Shown here: piece after piece, positions 20,663 to 30,689 of the stretch | Numbering within the stretch: the stretch's first letter is position 1 | Layout of the letters: every line of letters begins with the position of its first letter | Assembly (NCBI GenBank): GCA_965224025.1 | Contig: OZ245033.1 | Coordinates: 1,920,001-1,984,000, forward strand | Length of the DNA stretch: 64,000 nucleotides | Reading direction: 5' to 3' | DNA from: Candidatus Multivorans sp. | GTDB lineage: Bacteria > Acidobacteriota > Thermoanaerobaculia > Multivoradales > Multivoraceae | The notes under the pieces: model-generated | Told to the model about the DNA's origin: nothing | Databases searched by the model: none | What the model saw: only the letters and a program-made list of their open reading frames with translations | Made by a program: the position numbers and the translations under genes

Positions 20663-22160
20663 GGCTCTTTTGAATTGCGAGTGGGTCAAGCGGTGTGCGG
20701 GTTGAGCGTGTGGAAGTCGAGTTTGCCGGCGATGAGGAAGAAGGCGATGCGTATGGTGTCGAATCGCTTGTAGCCTCTGGCCTTGCGTTTGGCGGACTGG
20801 AAGAGTCCGTTGAGGGCTTCGAGGAAGCCGTTGGTCTGCCGGGTTCGCGCCCAGGCAGCGATCGCTTGCAGGTGCTTTCGGATGGTGCGGGCGACGGCCT
20901 TCATGGGTTCGACCTTGGAGCGGTTCACGTTGGTGCACCACTGATGGAGCATTCGCAGCACGACGTTGATCTGCTTGCGGTTGAGAATTTCGCGGAGTTG
21001 CTCCCGATAGAGCCAGGCGCGTGCGGTGCGTCGGCTGGCGACCCTCTTGACGAAGCGGTCGAGGTCGGCCCGTTGGGCCGGCGTCAGGGAGTCGCGGTTC
21101 TTGAGCAGCGTCCAGCGCAGGCCCTTCAGCGACGGATCGAGGCGCTGTTCGAGGCGCCGGGTCTCGTCCACCGCCTTCGAGGCCAGGGCCATGACGTGGA
21201 ACTTGTCGAGGGTCACCTCGGCGTTGGGGAGATTCTCGGCGACGCCCTTGAGGAAGGCGGCCGACATGTCGATGGACGCCCGGCTGATCGCGGCGGGATC
21301 GCCGCCGCGCCTTTGCAGATCGTCGGCGAACTCCTCGATCGTGCCGGACTTGCGTCCCTCGGCGAGGAACACCACGCGCCGGCGCTCGCTGTCGGCGACC
21401 GCGGTCACGTAGTCGTGCCCCTTGGCGCGGGAAGTCTCGTCAATGGCCACGTGGCGCAGTTCGGAGAGGTCGTCCCGGTCGACCGCCAGCTCGACGTAGC
21501 GCTTGCAGATCGCGTGCACCCGATGCCACGACACCCCGGTCAACCGGGCCACCGCAGCGAAGGTCATGTCTCGGCACATGGCCAGAATCAAGGCTTCGAA
21601 CAGCAGCGTGAAGCCGGACAATCTGCCCGACCAGGGCGGAGTCACCAACGCCACCCGCTGGTCGGGGAGTCGCACACGGGGCACTCGCGCCTCGAGCAGG
21701 CACTCGTGCTGGAAGAAGTTGAGGTGCCGATAGCGCTTGATCTGCGTGTCGTGCACCGGATGAGAACCGCCGTCCCCCTCGTGGGCGAATCGGCTGCCCT
21801 TCCTGAAGTCGATCCGTATCGTCAACCGACGCTCCCTCTCACAGAAGTCCACGCCGTCAACGAACCACGGCGCCGACACGCCCAGCGCTCTCGCGAACAA
21901 TTCCCTCTGCATCTCTCGTCCTCCTTCAGTCGGAACAGGAGAGACGAGTCTTGCTCATTCCGATCGCCCGCGACTACAGCCGCCACCCGAAATCGCCGCG
22001 AACGCCCTCCCCACCGGACAGCTTGCGCCCTCGCCGCTACCGGTCTTCCGCAGATTCCACAGCCCGACGGCGGCGGCTACGGCGGCGGAGGCCGCTATCC
22101 CAAGACCCCCTCAGCATCTGCACTCGCCCGCGCCCTACCCACTCGCAACTCGAAAGAGGC
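20663..22160 (-). mobile_element. ISL3-family insertion sequence, intact, 1498 bp
   Basis: Imperfect 24-bp IRs (GGCTCTTTTGAATTGCGAGTGGGT / GCCTCTTTCGAGTTGCGAGTGGGT); 8-bp TSD GTACTTGA at 20655-20662 and 22161-22168. Confidence 0.95.
20686..21912 (-). CDS. ISL3 family transposase
   Basis: YRHLNFFQHEC, AIDET, SIDMS, DKFHV, TNGFLEALN, KRKARGY. Confidence 0.95.
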   Translation of the reverse strand: MQRELFARALGVSAPWFVDGVDFCERERRLTIRIDFRKGSRFAHEGDGGSHPVHDTQIKRYRHLNFFQHECLLEARVPRVRLPDQRVALVTPPWSGRLSGFTLLFEALILAMCRDMTFAAVARLTGVSWHRVHAICKRYVELAVDRDDLSELRHVAIDETSRAKGHDYVTAVADSERRRVVFLAEGRKSGTIEEFADDLQRRGGDPAAISRASIDMSAAFLKGVAENLPNAEVTLDKFHVMALASKAVDETRRLEQRLDPSLKGLRWTLLKNRDSLTPAQRADLDRFVKRVASRRTARAWLYREQLREILNRKQINVVLRMLHQWCTNVNRSKVEPMKAVARTIRKHLQAIAAWARTRQTNGFLEALNGLFQSAKRKARGYKRFDTIRIAFFLIAGKLDFHTLNPHTA

Positions 22161-23835
22161 GTACTTGACGACGCACTTGGTGAGCGACTCGGGCGTGTAG
22201 TAGCTCGCCGTCTTCTGCCGGTCACGACCGGCCAGGCGGTAGACGAACGAGCCCTTCGGATGGACTCGGAGCTTCTTGCGGCCCTGTTCGTCCCGGTCGT
22301 AGACCTTCTCTTCGTCCTCGTACTCGCTCAGGTCACGCGCCGGCACGAACCAGACGCTGGCGAGAACGTCGGGCTTCTCTCCCGCCTTCTTTACCTCGTA
22401 CAGGTCCTCTTCGGCGAAGAAGCCCCGGTAGGAGAGCAGGGCCTCGTAGACCGCGCCCAATTGGTTGATGCCGAGCTGGGCGTATGAGATGCGGCCGCGA
22501 CGGCCGCGACGGCCCTTTGCCGGGCGGCTGAGGGACATCAGCTTGATCACCCGCTGGAGCACCCGGTTGCGCAGCTTCACGCGGTCAAGGAGCGGCGTGG
22601 CGTCGTCCCGGAAGAGGCGGCTGTCAAGGGCCCTCATCCGGAAGCCGTGGCTGCGAGAGGGGCTGCTGCCGAGCACGAACTGACTGCCCTGGTCGCCGAA
22701 GCCGTCGCGAACGAGCCGGAAGAGGATCTGGACGCTGTCATGCAGGTAGTACCCGTCGAGCGACTCCTCGCTCGTCAGACGCACCAACTCCAGGTCCCGC
22801 AGCCGTTCCAGGCTGTAGCCCTTCCGGTACGCCTCGGCGTCCACGGGCGCATAGCCCAGATCGGGCCGCGCCTCGATGTAGAAGAGAAACAGCAGCCGAT
22901 ACATGTAGCGCAAGCACTCCAGGCCGAGCTCGCCAGCGAGCTGGTCGTCGAGGTCGTACACACGGTCCTTGCTCACTTCGCGCAGGTACCGGATCGCCTC
23001 GTTCCCGATCAGCTCGATCGACTCGCGCAGCGCGTACTTCAGGTCCTCCGAGACGGCGAACGCGTGCTTGTGGCTGTTCTCGTCCAGACTGTCGAGAAGG
23101 CTCCCGCCCTGCGCGGGGACGAGGCACTCGCGGTGCAGAAGGGCTGCTGCGGCCTTGAGCGTGGCGCCGTCGCGGCGACCGAGAACCTCATTCAGGTCGA
23201 AACGCAGCAGCCGGTTGTGGGTCCACTTCCCGCGTTCGATCAGGAGAACCTGTCCCGCGGAAAGGAGCACTACCCAGCGAGGTGGTTGTTGCTGCCCGAA
23301 GATGCGGCGGGTGACGATCTCGCTCCAAGTGTCTCGGAGCAGCGCCTCCGGCGGCGGCGCCTCGCCGTGGAACTGGGCGCGGTGCGGCTTGAGGGTGAGC
23401 GGATCCTCGTCTTCCCCCGTGGCGTCGTAGGCGCCGAGCACCAGCAGGTTGATCCTGCCGTGCTGGCTCGCGGCGTGCAGTACCGGCACTTCATCGCCGT
23501 CGTCGAGGACGTGGTTGCCCGGTTCGTACTCGTAGCCGAGGGCGGCGAGAAGCTGGCGGAACCACTCCCGCTGACGTTCAACGCGGACCTCGGCCCGGCG
23601 TTCCCGACCAAATCGGTCACGGAACCGGAGGTAGTCACGGGCGAGCCCTCCGAGCGCGTCGTAGGGCGTCCTGGCGTCGGCAGTCGCGCCACGCGCCGCT
23701 TTCGCTTCGGCGCCCCAACGGGCGACGGTCTCTCCGATGTCCTTGGCGAAGATCTCCGCGAGGTAGTGCTGGCTGTAGAACTCGTTCTCGTTGTGAATGC
23801 CGGGGAACGTGGCGGCGGCGTTGGCGGGCATCGGC

Positions 23836-26733
23836 TCAGTTCCCTCCCGTTCCCGCTCCCGTCATCACGCAGATGACCTTGATCCAGGGACTCTTCTCGG
23901 TGGTCATCGTGTCCTGGACCCAACCCAGATAGTCGTCGAAGATCTCGTCGATCTCCCGCATGCCCTTCTCTTCGCGAGCACGCTTGAACATCTCCTTCTG
24001 CAAGGACCGCTCCAGCGTTTGCCTGAAGCGGGCGAGTTGCCGTGACTTGAGTCGTTCCAGGGCATCGAGTTCCTCCTGCAGCTTGATGTTCACGACGTCC
24101 TCGAACCGGTTGCGCCGTTCCACGATGTGAGCGCGGGCCCGCTCAACCGCGACCGGCAGGAGCTCCCCAAGACTCTCGACATCCACTGACGAACCGCGAT
24201 TCGGGACCGCCTGACGGTCCAGGCCCGTCCATTCAAGCAGGTCGTCGAACGGAACCAGCGAATCGAATTCGTCCCCGCGGAAACGCGCGCCGACCCACTC
24301 GTAGACGAGAGGATGGCTCTTGCGGTTCGGCACGACACCCGAAAGCACGAATACGGCCTCCCCTCGCTCCAACCCCGGCAACCCGGCCAGCACGGGCGCT
24401 TCGTGCCGGCTGAAGAGAGCCAGCATCCGGTCGTTCAACCAGCCGACCACGGGGTTCAGCCGCCAGAGATAGTGCTGCCGCGGCCACGCCGCCTCGTCGC
24501 GCCGGCTCTCGGCAATGGCGTCGTTCATGCGCTTGTGGTCGGCGGTGAGTTCGAAGCGCCAGTTCTCCGGCACAATCTCCCGCGGCAGATAGCCGAAGCG
24601 GTGGCGCAGGTCCTCGGGAGCATCAAGCGTCAGGGTCATCGAGTCCCGGTTCGCTTCGAAGCGCAGGTCGCCCCGAGCGACCGCTTGCCGCCGAAGCCGA
24701 TGCAGGGCCGCCTCGCAGTACTCCAGGTCGCCATCGAAGAGCGACTTCGACGGCGCCGGCGCTTCGCTTGGGCGTCCCGGATCGTCCTCCGCGCCGCTCG
24801 TGCCGAGAAACAGGGCCAGCAGGCCGTCGCCCTCGTTCGATCTCGGCTGGAGCCGCTCGTCGAACCGCGTCGGCTCCTCGCCGCTGGCCATCGCTTCGCG
24901 GGTGATCTTCTCCTCTTCCTCGATGTCGTGAACGTTCATGAACGCCGAAGGATCGCCCACGTTCTTGTACGCCTGTTCGTCCTTCTCCTGGAGCACTTCG
25001 AGGATCCGCATGTCGCCGCGGATCGTCTCGTTGGCGCTCCGGGTCACGAGGTAGACGATCCGGGGTTCGCGCTCCTGCCCGTAGCGGTCTATCCGGCCGT
25101 TGCGCTGCTGGAACACCATCAGCGACCAGGGCATGTCGAAGTGGATCAGGCGGTGGCAGTGGTAGTGCAGGTTGATGCCCTCGGACGCCACATCCGAGCA
25201 GAGCAGCAGGCGCACCGGCCGCTTCTCGTTGCCGAAATCCTCCACCACCCTTTGCTGCTCGATGTCGCTCATGCCGCCGTGGAGGACTTCGATCTGGTTG
25301 GCGCCCAGCTTCGGCTTCAGATCCTGCCGCAGGCGGTCTCGAAGCCAGTGCAGGGTTTCGATCCGCTCGGTGAAGACGACGAGACGATCGGCCGGAGCCT
25401 TTGCCTTCCAGCGGAAGGGCTCGCCGCCCTGGATTGCCGCGAGCAGCGCCCGGTACTTGGCGTAGTCGCCCGGGCCGATGCGGGTCAGAGCCGAGCGCAG
25501 CTTCTTCAGTGAAGCGACTTCGGCGGCGATGCCTTCGGCCAGCTCGCCTTCCAGTTCCCGGCGGCGGCGCGCGATGCGGTGGTCAACGGTCTGGACGCAG
25601 GCTGCCGGACTGGAGAAGAGCGCCTTCTCCAACGTGACGATGAAGAGGTCCCGGCGAGTCGAACCCGCCGAGTTCGCCACGCGCACCGCCAGCAGGGCAT
25701 CGTAGGCCGCCTCCTCGGCGGCGGAGGCGTCGAAGGCCCGACGGTAGGTGGTCCGGTCCCGAAACGCCTCGCGGACCTCGTGCTGAATGTCCTTCTTGAA
25801 GCGACGGACGACGAGACCCTTGCCCCGGAAGTCCTCCGCGCTGTAGTCGTCCGGGTCCGCGATGGCGGTGGCGTCGAGCATGTTCATCAGGCTCGCGAAG
25901 CTCCTCGCCTTGCCGTCGTGCGGAGTGGCCGAGAGCATGATCAGCGTGTCGGACCGCCGCGCCAACAGACGAGCCAGGTGGCTGCGCAGGGAGCCCGTGC
26001 CGCGGTCGGCCACGTTGTGCGCTTCGTCGATGACGATCACGTCCCAGTACGCCTGTTCGAGGTAGGTGCGGTACTCGGAAGCCTGCTTCAACGTGTCGAT
26101 GGAGATGATCGTCTTGTCGTAGTAGTAGAACGGGTTGTGGTTGGTGGGGATGCGCCGCCGCACCCGCTGGATTCCGACCGAGTCGAGCCGCGTGAGCGGA
26201 ATCGTGAAGCGGTTCCAGAACTCCTTCTGGAACTGCGTGAGCATGCTCTTGAGCACCAGCACGAGGATGCGCCGGCCACGCCCCCGAGCCATCAGTTCGC
26301 TGACCAGGATGCCCGCCTCCAGCGTCTTTCCGAGTCCCACCGCGTCGGCGATCAGGATGCGCTGCCGTGGCCGGGAAAGAGCCTGGCGAGCAGGGTCGAG
26401 CTGGTACTGGACCAGGTCCATGGCGGCCTGATGGCCGACGTGGATGCGTTCGTCGTTGGGCACGGTGGCACGTAGCTGGCTCTCCATGTAGAGCCGGCTG
26501 TCCACGAATGAGGGTGAAAGATCCGGCGTCAGTCGGGTCTCGGCCGGATCGAGAAACTCGATCTCCTCCAGGGAACTAAGGAAGACGGCCTCCTGCTCGC
26601 GGACGAGTTCCGAAACGCCGTCGCAGACGAGCTGGTAAGCCCCCTCCGACGTCATGTCGACGCGGCGCACAACCCATTCCGCGTCGCGGATCAAGACCCG
26701 AGCGCCGGGGGCAGGAACCGCGGTCAGACTCAT
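23836..26733 (-). CDS. SNF2-family helicase (DrmD/ArmA-like)
   Basis: ADAVGLGKT, IDEAH, SATPH, SEGINL, QRNGRIDRYGQ; stop lies 4 nt before the MTase start. Confidence 0.92.
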   Translation of the reverse strand: MSLTAVPAPGARVLIRDAEWVVRRVDMTSEGAYQLVCDGVSELVREQEAVFLSSLEEIEFLDPAETRLTPDLSPSFVDSRLYMESQLRATVPNDERIHVGHQAAMDLVQYQLDPARQALSRPRQRILIADAVGLGKTLEAGILVSELMARGRGRRILVLVLKSMLTQFQKEFWNRFTIPLTRLDSVGIQRVRRRIPTNHNPFYYYDKTIISIDTLKQASEYRTYLEQAYWDVIVIDEAHNVADRGTGSLRSHLARLLARRSDTLIMLSATPHDGKARSFASLMNMLDATAIADPDDYSAEDFRGKGLVVRRFKKDIQHEVREAFRDRTTYRRAFDASAAEEAAYDALLAVRVANSAGSTRRDLFIVTLEKALFSSPAACVQTVDHRIARRRRELEGELAEGIAAEVASLKKLRSALTRIGPGDYAKYRALLAAIQGGEPFRWKAKAPADRLVVFTERIETLHWLRDRLRQDLKPKLGANQIEVLHGGMSDIEQQRVVEDFGNEKRPVRLLLCSDVASEGINLHYHCHRLIHFDMPWSLMVFQQRNGRIDRYGQEREPRIVYLVTRSANETIRGDMRILEVLQEKDEQAYKNVGDPSAFMNVHDIEEEEKITREAMASGEEPTRFDERLQPRSNEGDGLLALFLGTSGAEDDPGRPSEAPAPSKSLFDGDLEYCEAALHRLRRQAVARGDLRFEANRDSMTLTLDAPEDLRHRFGYLPREIVPENWRFELTADHKRMNDAIAESRRDEAAWPRQHYLWRLNPVVGWLNDRMLALFSRHEAPVLAGLPGLERGEAVFVLSGVVPNRKSHPLVYEWVGARFRGDEFDSLVPFDDLLEWTGLDRQAVPNRGSSVDVESLGELLPVAVERARAHIVERRNRFEDVVNIKLQEELDALERLKSRQLARFRQTLERSLQKEMFKRAREEKGMREIDEIFDDYLGWVQDTMTTEKSPWIKVICVMTGAGTGGN

Positions 26734-26873
26734 GCGAGCGTTGGGCCGCAGCCGTCAACGAAGGCCGGCGCGATCATGCAACTTCTCCTTGCTCAGCCTT
26801 CACCCTTCGATCCAACTTGATCGTGACCGTCTTCAAGGCGCGGTTCGGGGATGAAGTGCCGCGGAAGTCTCGC

Positions 26874-27083
26874 CTACTCCGACCGCGGCAGCGACACCGC
26901 CAGGACCACGCCGAGGCAGGCCAGCACGACGACGTAGAAGATCGTCGTCACGACATCAGCCAGCACCGGAAAGTCGACTGGCCCGGCCAGCGATCTCCGG
27001 CAGGTGGCGAGCGGGAGGCCACCGCCGATCACCGCGAACACGATCCACTGAGTCCAACTGAGTCGCGATGTCTTGTCCGTCAT
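26874..27083 (-). CDS. Small putative membrane protein
   Basis: 69 aa with two hydrophobic stretches; no family recognised. Confidence 0.3.
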   Translation of the reverse strand: MTDKTSRLSWTQWIVFAVIGGGLPLATCRRSLAGPVDFPVLADVVTTIFYVVVLACLGVVLAVSLPRSE

Positions 27084-27267
27084 CTTCCCGGTCCGGTTGT
27101 CATGCGGTCAGGCTCGTGGCTTGCTGCCGGTGCGGTGGTGGAGGATGTCACAGATCGGAGGGCTTCGCAGCCTCACCGGACGAACCCGCCAGGCGGAGAT
27201 CGCCTCGCTCATCGAGGCGATAGGCTGTCCGGTAAACACAGCAGAAGCACACAGCCGGGAGGTCGAG

Positions 27268-28392
27268 ATGCGGATCAGGCAGCACAGGAGGTCTTCGTTC
27301 TGGAGGGTCTGGGGCACCGCGGTCATTTCGGCCCTGGTCGTTTTCGCCGCTTCCCCCGCGGCGGCCGAGGAGATCCCGCGCCGTCATGACGGACGGCCCG
27401 ACCTCTCCGGCACCTACGACATCGCGACGCTGACACCGGCTCAGCGGCCAGCGCAGTACGGGGAGCGGCTGGCGTTGACGCCGGACGAGGCGGCCGCGAT
27501 CGCAGAGCACTGGGAGACGAACTTCAACAAGGACCACGCTCCCAGCGACCCGAACCGCAAGGCGCCTCCCAAGGGCGGCACGGGCATCTACGCGCCGGAG
27601 TTCACGGGCGCCGCGGGCAAGGTGGGCGGCTACAACGCCTTCTTCGTCGACATCGGCACGGGCGCGTTCCAGCTCGACGGCAAGTACCGCACGTCGATCA
27701 TCACGGACCCACCCAACGGCCGCTACCCGCCGCTCAGCGCGATTGGCCAGCAGCGGACCGAGCGGCTCGCGCCGTTCCGGCATGAGAACACCGGCACGGC
27801 CTGGTGGATGCACCTGCCCGTAGGCCCGTACGACGACCCCGAGCTGCGGCCACTCGCCGAGCGCTGCATCCTCACCCGGGGCGCCTCGGGGCCGCCCTCC
27901 ATGCCAGGCATGTACAACAACCTGAAGACGATCGTGCAGACCGACGACCATGTGATGATCCTGATCGAATGGATGCACGACACCCGGATCATCCGGCTCG
28001 ACTCGGAGCACCTCCCGGACAGCGTCCGCAACTGGAGCGGCGACTCGATCGGCTGGTGGGAAGGCGACACCCTGGTCGTCGACACGACGAACTTCCGCGA
28101 GGTTCGAGACTCGGTCAGCCGGGCGTCGCGCGATCTGCACGTGGTGGAACGGATCAGCCGAATCGACGCGAACACCCTTCGCTACCAGTTCACGGTCGAG
28201 GATCCGGTCTACGAGACCGCCTGGAGCGGGGAGTACCCGTGGCCGGCGACCGGCCACCGGCTCTACGAGTACGGCTGCCACGAGGGGAACTACGCGCTCG
28301 GCGGCATCCTGCGCGGCGCGCGGCTCCTGGAGCAGGAGGCGATCGAGCAGGGTGCTTCCGGCACCTCGACCGGGTCCGGGTCCGGCGACTGA
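27268..28392 (+). CDS. Conserved secreted hypothetical protein
   Basis: GGAGG RBS, signal peptide, PDLSG, ERC, YNN..IVQT, GDSIGWWEGDTLVVDTTNF, YEYGCHEGNY. Confidence 0.8.
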   Translation: MRIRQHRRSSFWRVWGTAVISALVVFAASPAAAEEIPRRHDGRPDLSGTYDIATLTPAQRPAQYGERLALTPDEAAAIAEHWETNFNKDHAPSDPNRKAPPKGGTGIYAPEFTGAAGKVGGYNAFFVDIGTGAFQLDGKYRTSIITDPPNGRYPPLSAIGQQRTERLAPFRHENTGTAWWMHLPVGPYDDPELRPLAERCILTRGASGPPSMPGMYNNLKTIVQTDDHVMILIEWMHDTRIIRLDSEHLPDSVRNWSGDSIGWWEGDTLVVDTTNFREVRDSVSRASRDLHVVERISRIDANTLRYQFTVEDPVYETAWSGEYPWPATGHRLYEYGCHEGNYALGGILRGARLLEQEAIEQGASGTSTGSGSGD

Positions 28393-28410
28393 GGAGCGGG
28401 AGGTCAAGCC

Positions 28411-29267
28411 ATGCCAGACATCAACCTCATCCCCCATCCCTGACCGGCACGCCGATCGGCGCCGCGCTCGATCTCTGCGTCATCCTGGCGGCTCTGACCT
28501 GGCTGGCCACGGTGATCACCCGCGAGTACTCCTGGGTGGACCGCCTCTGGTCGCTCTGTCCGGCGATCTACTGTCTGATCGTGGCCGCGGACGCTGACTT
28601 TCAGTCACCGCGAGTGAACCTGATGACCGCCCTCGTCCTGCTCTGGGGGATCCGTCTCACCTTCAACTTCGCCCGCAAGGGGGGCTACCGGAAGGGCGGC
28701 GAGGACTACCGTTGGGCAACCGTCCGGGAGCGGTTCGGGCCGATCGGCATCCAGGTGATGAACATCACGTTCATCTGCCCGGGCCAGATGCTGCTGATCT
28801 GGTGGTTCACTTCGCCGGTACACGCGGCCTGGGAGGCGGGAGACGCGCCGCTTGGCGGACTCGACATTGCCGCCGCCGCGCTGTTCCTTCTGTTCCTGAT
28901 CGGCGAAACCGCCGACGACGAGCAGATGTGGGCCTTCCAGCAGGACAAGAAGCGCAGGATCGCCGCCGGCGATGAGGTCGTGCAACCGTTCATGACCACC
29001 GGGCTCTTCCGCGTCAGCCGCCACCCCAACTACCTGTGCGAAATGGCCATGTGGTGCGTGTTCTACCTGTTCGCCGTCGCCGCGTCGGGCCAGTGGATTC
29101 ACTGGACCGGCCTCGGCTGCCTGATGCTCATCGCCCTCTTTGTCGGGTCGATACCGCTCGGAGAGTCCATTGCGGCCGGCAAGTACCCGGCCTACCGCCA
29201 ATACCAGGCGGCCACTCCCTGCGTGATTCCGGGGCTGCGCATGGGACGCGTGGGAACTACCGACTAG
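28411..29267 (+). CDS. DUF1295 / steroid 5-alpha-reductase-like membrane protein; apparent 1-nt deletion in C-run at 28431-28435
   Basis: VDRLWS, GEDYRW, ETADDEQ, GLFRVSRHPNY; ATG with GGAGGT RBS at 28411 is out of frame by one base. Confidence 0.8.
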
Positions 29268-29331
29268 CACTGGGCGCGTCGGTGGTACGCTCGCCGACGC
29301 CCAAAACCAAGTTCCGAAGGAGGAACCACGC

Positions 29332-30630
29332 GTGATCCGATTGCGTCCTCGGGGGCAGTTCGCCCCGCTTGTCTTCGCCGCCGCCTGTCTGTTGCTTGCG
29401 GCATTTGTTCTCACACCGGCGTTTGCCGGCGAACGCGACCTCGGCATGGCCAAGCCGGCCGATGTCGGCATGGACCCGGCCAGCCTCGAGAAACTGGGCG
29501 CGGCAATGCACGGCATGGTCGACGATGGCAAGCTCGCCGGCGTCGTCACGGTGGTCTCGCGCCAGGGCAAGCTGGTCCACTTCGACGCTTACGGGATGCA
29601 GGACATCGCGAACGAGGTCCCGGTCGCGAAGGACACGATCTTCCGCATCTACTCGATGACCAAGCCGATCATCGGCACAGCATTGATGACGTACTACGAC
29701 GAGGGCCGCTTCACGCTCGACGATCCGGTGTCGAAGTTCATCCCCGAGTTCGCGGATCTCAAGGTCGCGAAGGAGGACGGGCCGGACGGCATGCCCGTGG
29801 TCGAGGACGCCGACCACCCGATGACGATGCGCGAGTTGATGAGCCACACGGCGGGTTTGACCTACGGGCTGTTCTCGCAGTCCCAAGTCGACACGCTCTA
29901 CCAGAAGGCCGGGATCATTCTGGATTCCAGCCTCACCGTGAAGGAAATGGTCGGCAGGCTGGCCAAGATCCCGCTGCGCCAGCAGCCGGGGTCGATGTGG
30001 CACTACAGCGTCGCGGTCGACGTGCAGGGCTACGTGCTGGAAGTGCTGGCCGGCAAGCCGCTCGACGAGGTGCTGAACGCGCGCGTCTTCGGCCCCCTGG
30101 GCATGGACGACACCGCCTTCTGGGTCGAACCGGACAAGGCGGACCGGTTCTCGCACATGTACCAGACGAGCCAGGGCAAGCTGGCCAAAGTGGAGTTCGG
30201 GCAGTACCTCGAGAAGCCGAACTTCCTCTCCGGCGGCGGCGGGCTCGTGTCGACGGCCATGGACTACATGCGCTTCGCCCAGATGCTCGCCAACGGCGGC
30301 GAGCTCGGCGGCGTCCGCGTCCTGAAGCCGGAAACGGTCGAGCTGATGCACAGCGACCACCTGCCCGAGAACGTCACCGACATGGGGCCGCTCTACCGCG
30401 GCAACCGCTTCGGCCTGGATTTCTCGATCGTCACCGATCCCCACCCGGCCAGCGACCACGAACGCGCCAAGGGCGAGTACTGGTGGTACGGCATTGGCGG
30501 CACTTGGTTCGGCATCAACCCGGTCCAGGATCTGGTCGTCGTCGGCATGATCCAGAGCCGCGATTTCCCCGCCGCGGCGGCCGCGCGCTTCACCAGCAAG
30601 CGGCTCGCGTACGAAGCGATCGTCGACTGA
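29332..30630 (+). CDS. Serine hydrolase, beta-lactamase family, secreted
   Basis: FRIYSMTK (SxxK), LMSHTAGL, WHYS, GGGGLVST; signal peptide. Confidence 0.9.
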   Translation: MIRLRPRGQFAPLVFAAACLLLAAFVLTPAFAGERDLGMAKPADVGMDPASLEKLGAAMHGMVDDGKLAGVVTVVSRQGKLVHFDAYGMQDIANEVPVAKDTIFRIYSMTKPIIGTALMTYYDEGRFTLDDPVSKFIPEFADLKVAKEDGPDGMPVVEDADHPMTMRELMSHTAGLTYGLFSQSQVDTLYQKAGIILDSSLTVKEMVGRLAKIPLRQQPGSMWHYSVAVDVQGYVLEVLAGKPLDEVLNARVFGPLGMDDTAFWVEPDKADRFSHMYQTSQGKLAKVEFGQYLEKPNFLSGGGGLVSTAMDYMRFAQMLANGGELGGVRVLKPETVELMHSDHLPENVTDMGPLYRGNRFGLDFSIVTDPHPASDHERAKGEYWWYGIGGTWFGINPVQDLVVVGMIQSRDFPAAAAARFTSKRLAYEAIVD

Positions 30631-30689
30631 GGCGCGCCGCGGGCGCCCACGTTTCCGGGAACCACCTGAACCGTCGAGGAGGTAGGAAT

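Larger units (their letters stand above)
17352..23831 (-). pseudogene. Large N6-adenine methyltransferase (DrmMI/ArmB, Eco57I-like; 1657 aa when restored), interrupted by ISL3
   Basis: N-part ends SYYTPESLTKCVVKY; C-part resumes SLKELIPDDMPADRILDLTVCEPAMGSAAFL, later GNPPW. Removing the IS plus one TSD gives a 4974-nt open frame. Confidence 0.92.

Noticed and set aside
29332-30630. Antibiotic-resistance beta-lactamase
   Set aside because: SxxK serine hydrolases of this type are mostly esterases or peptidases; nothing indicates beta-lactam specificity
29997-30689. N-terminal extension of the symporter ORF
   Set aside because: Overlaps the hydrolase in another frame; the RBS supports ATG 30690
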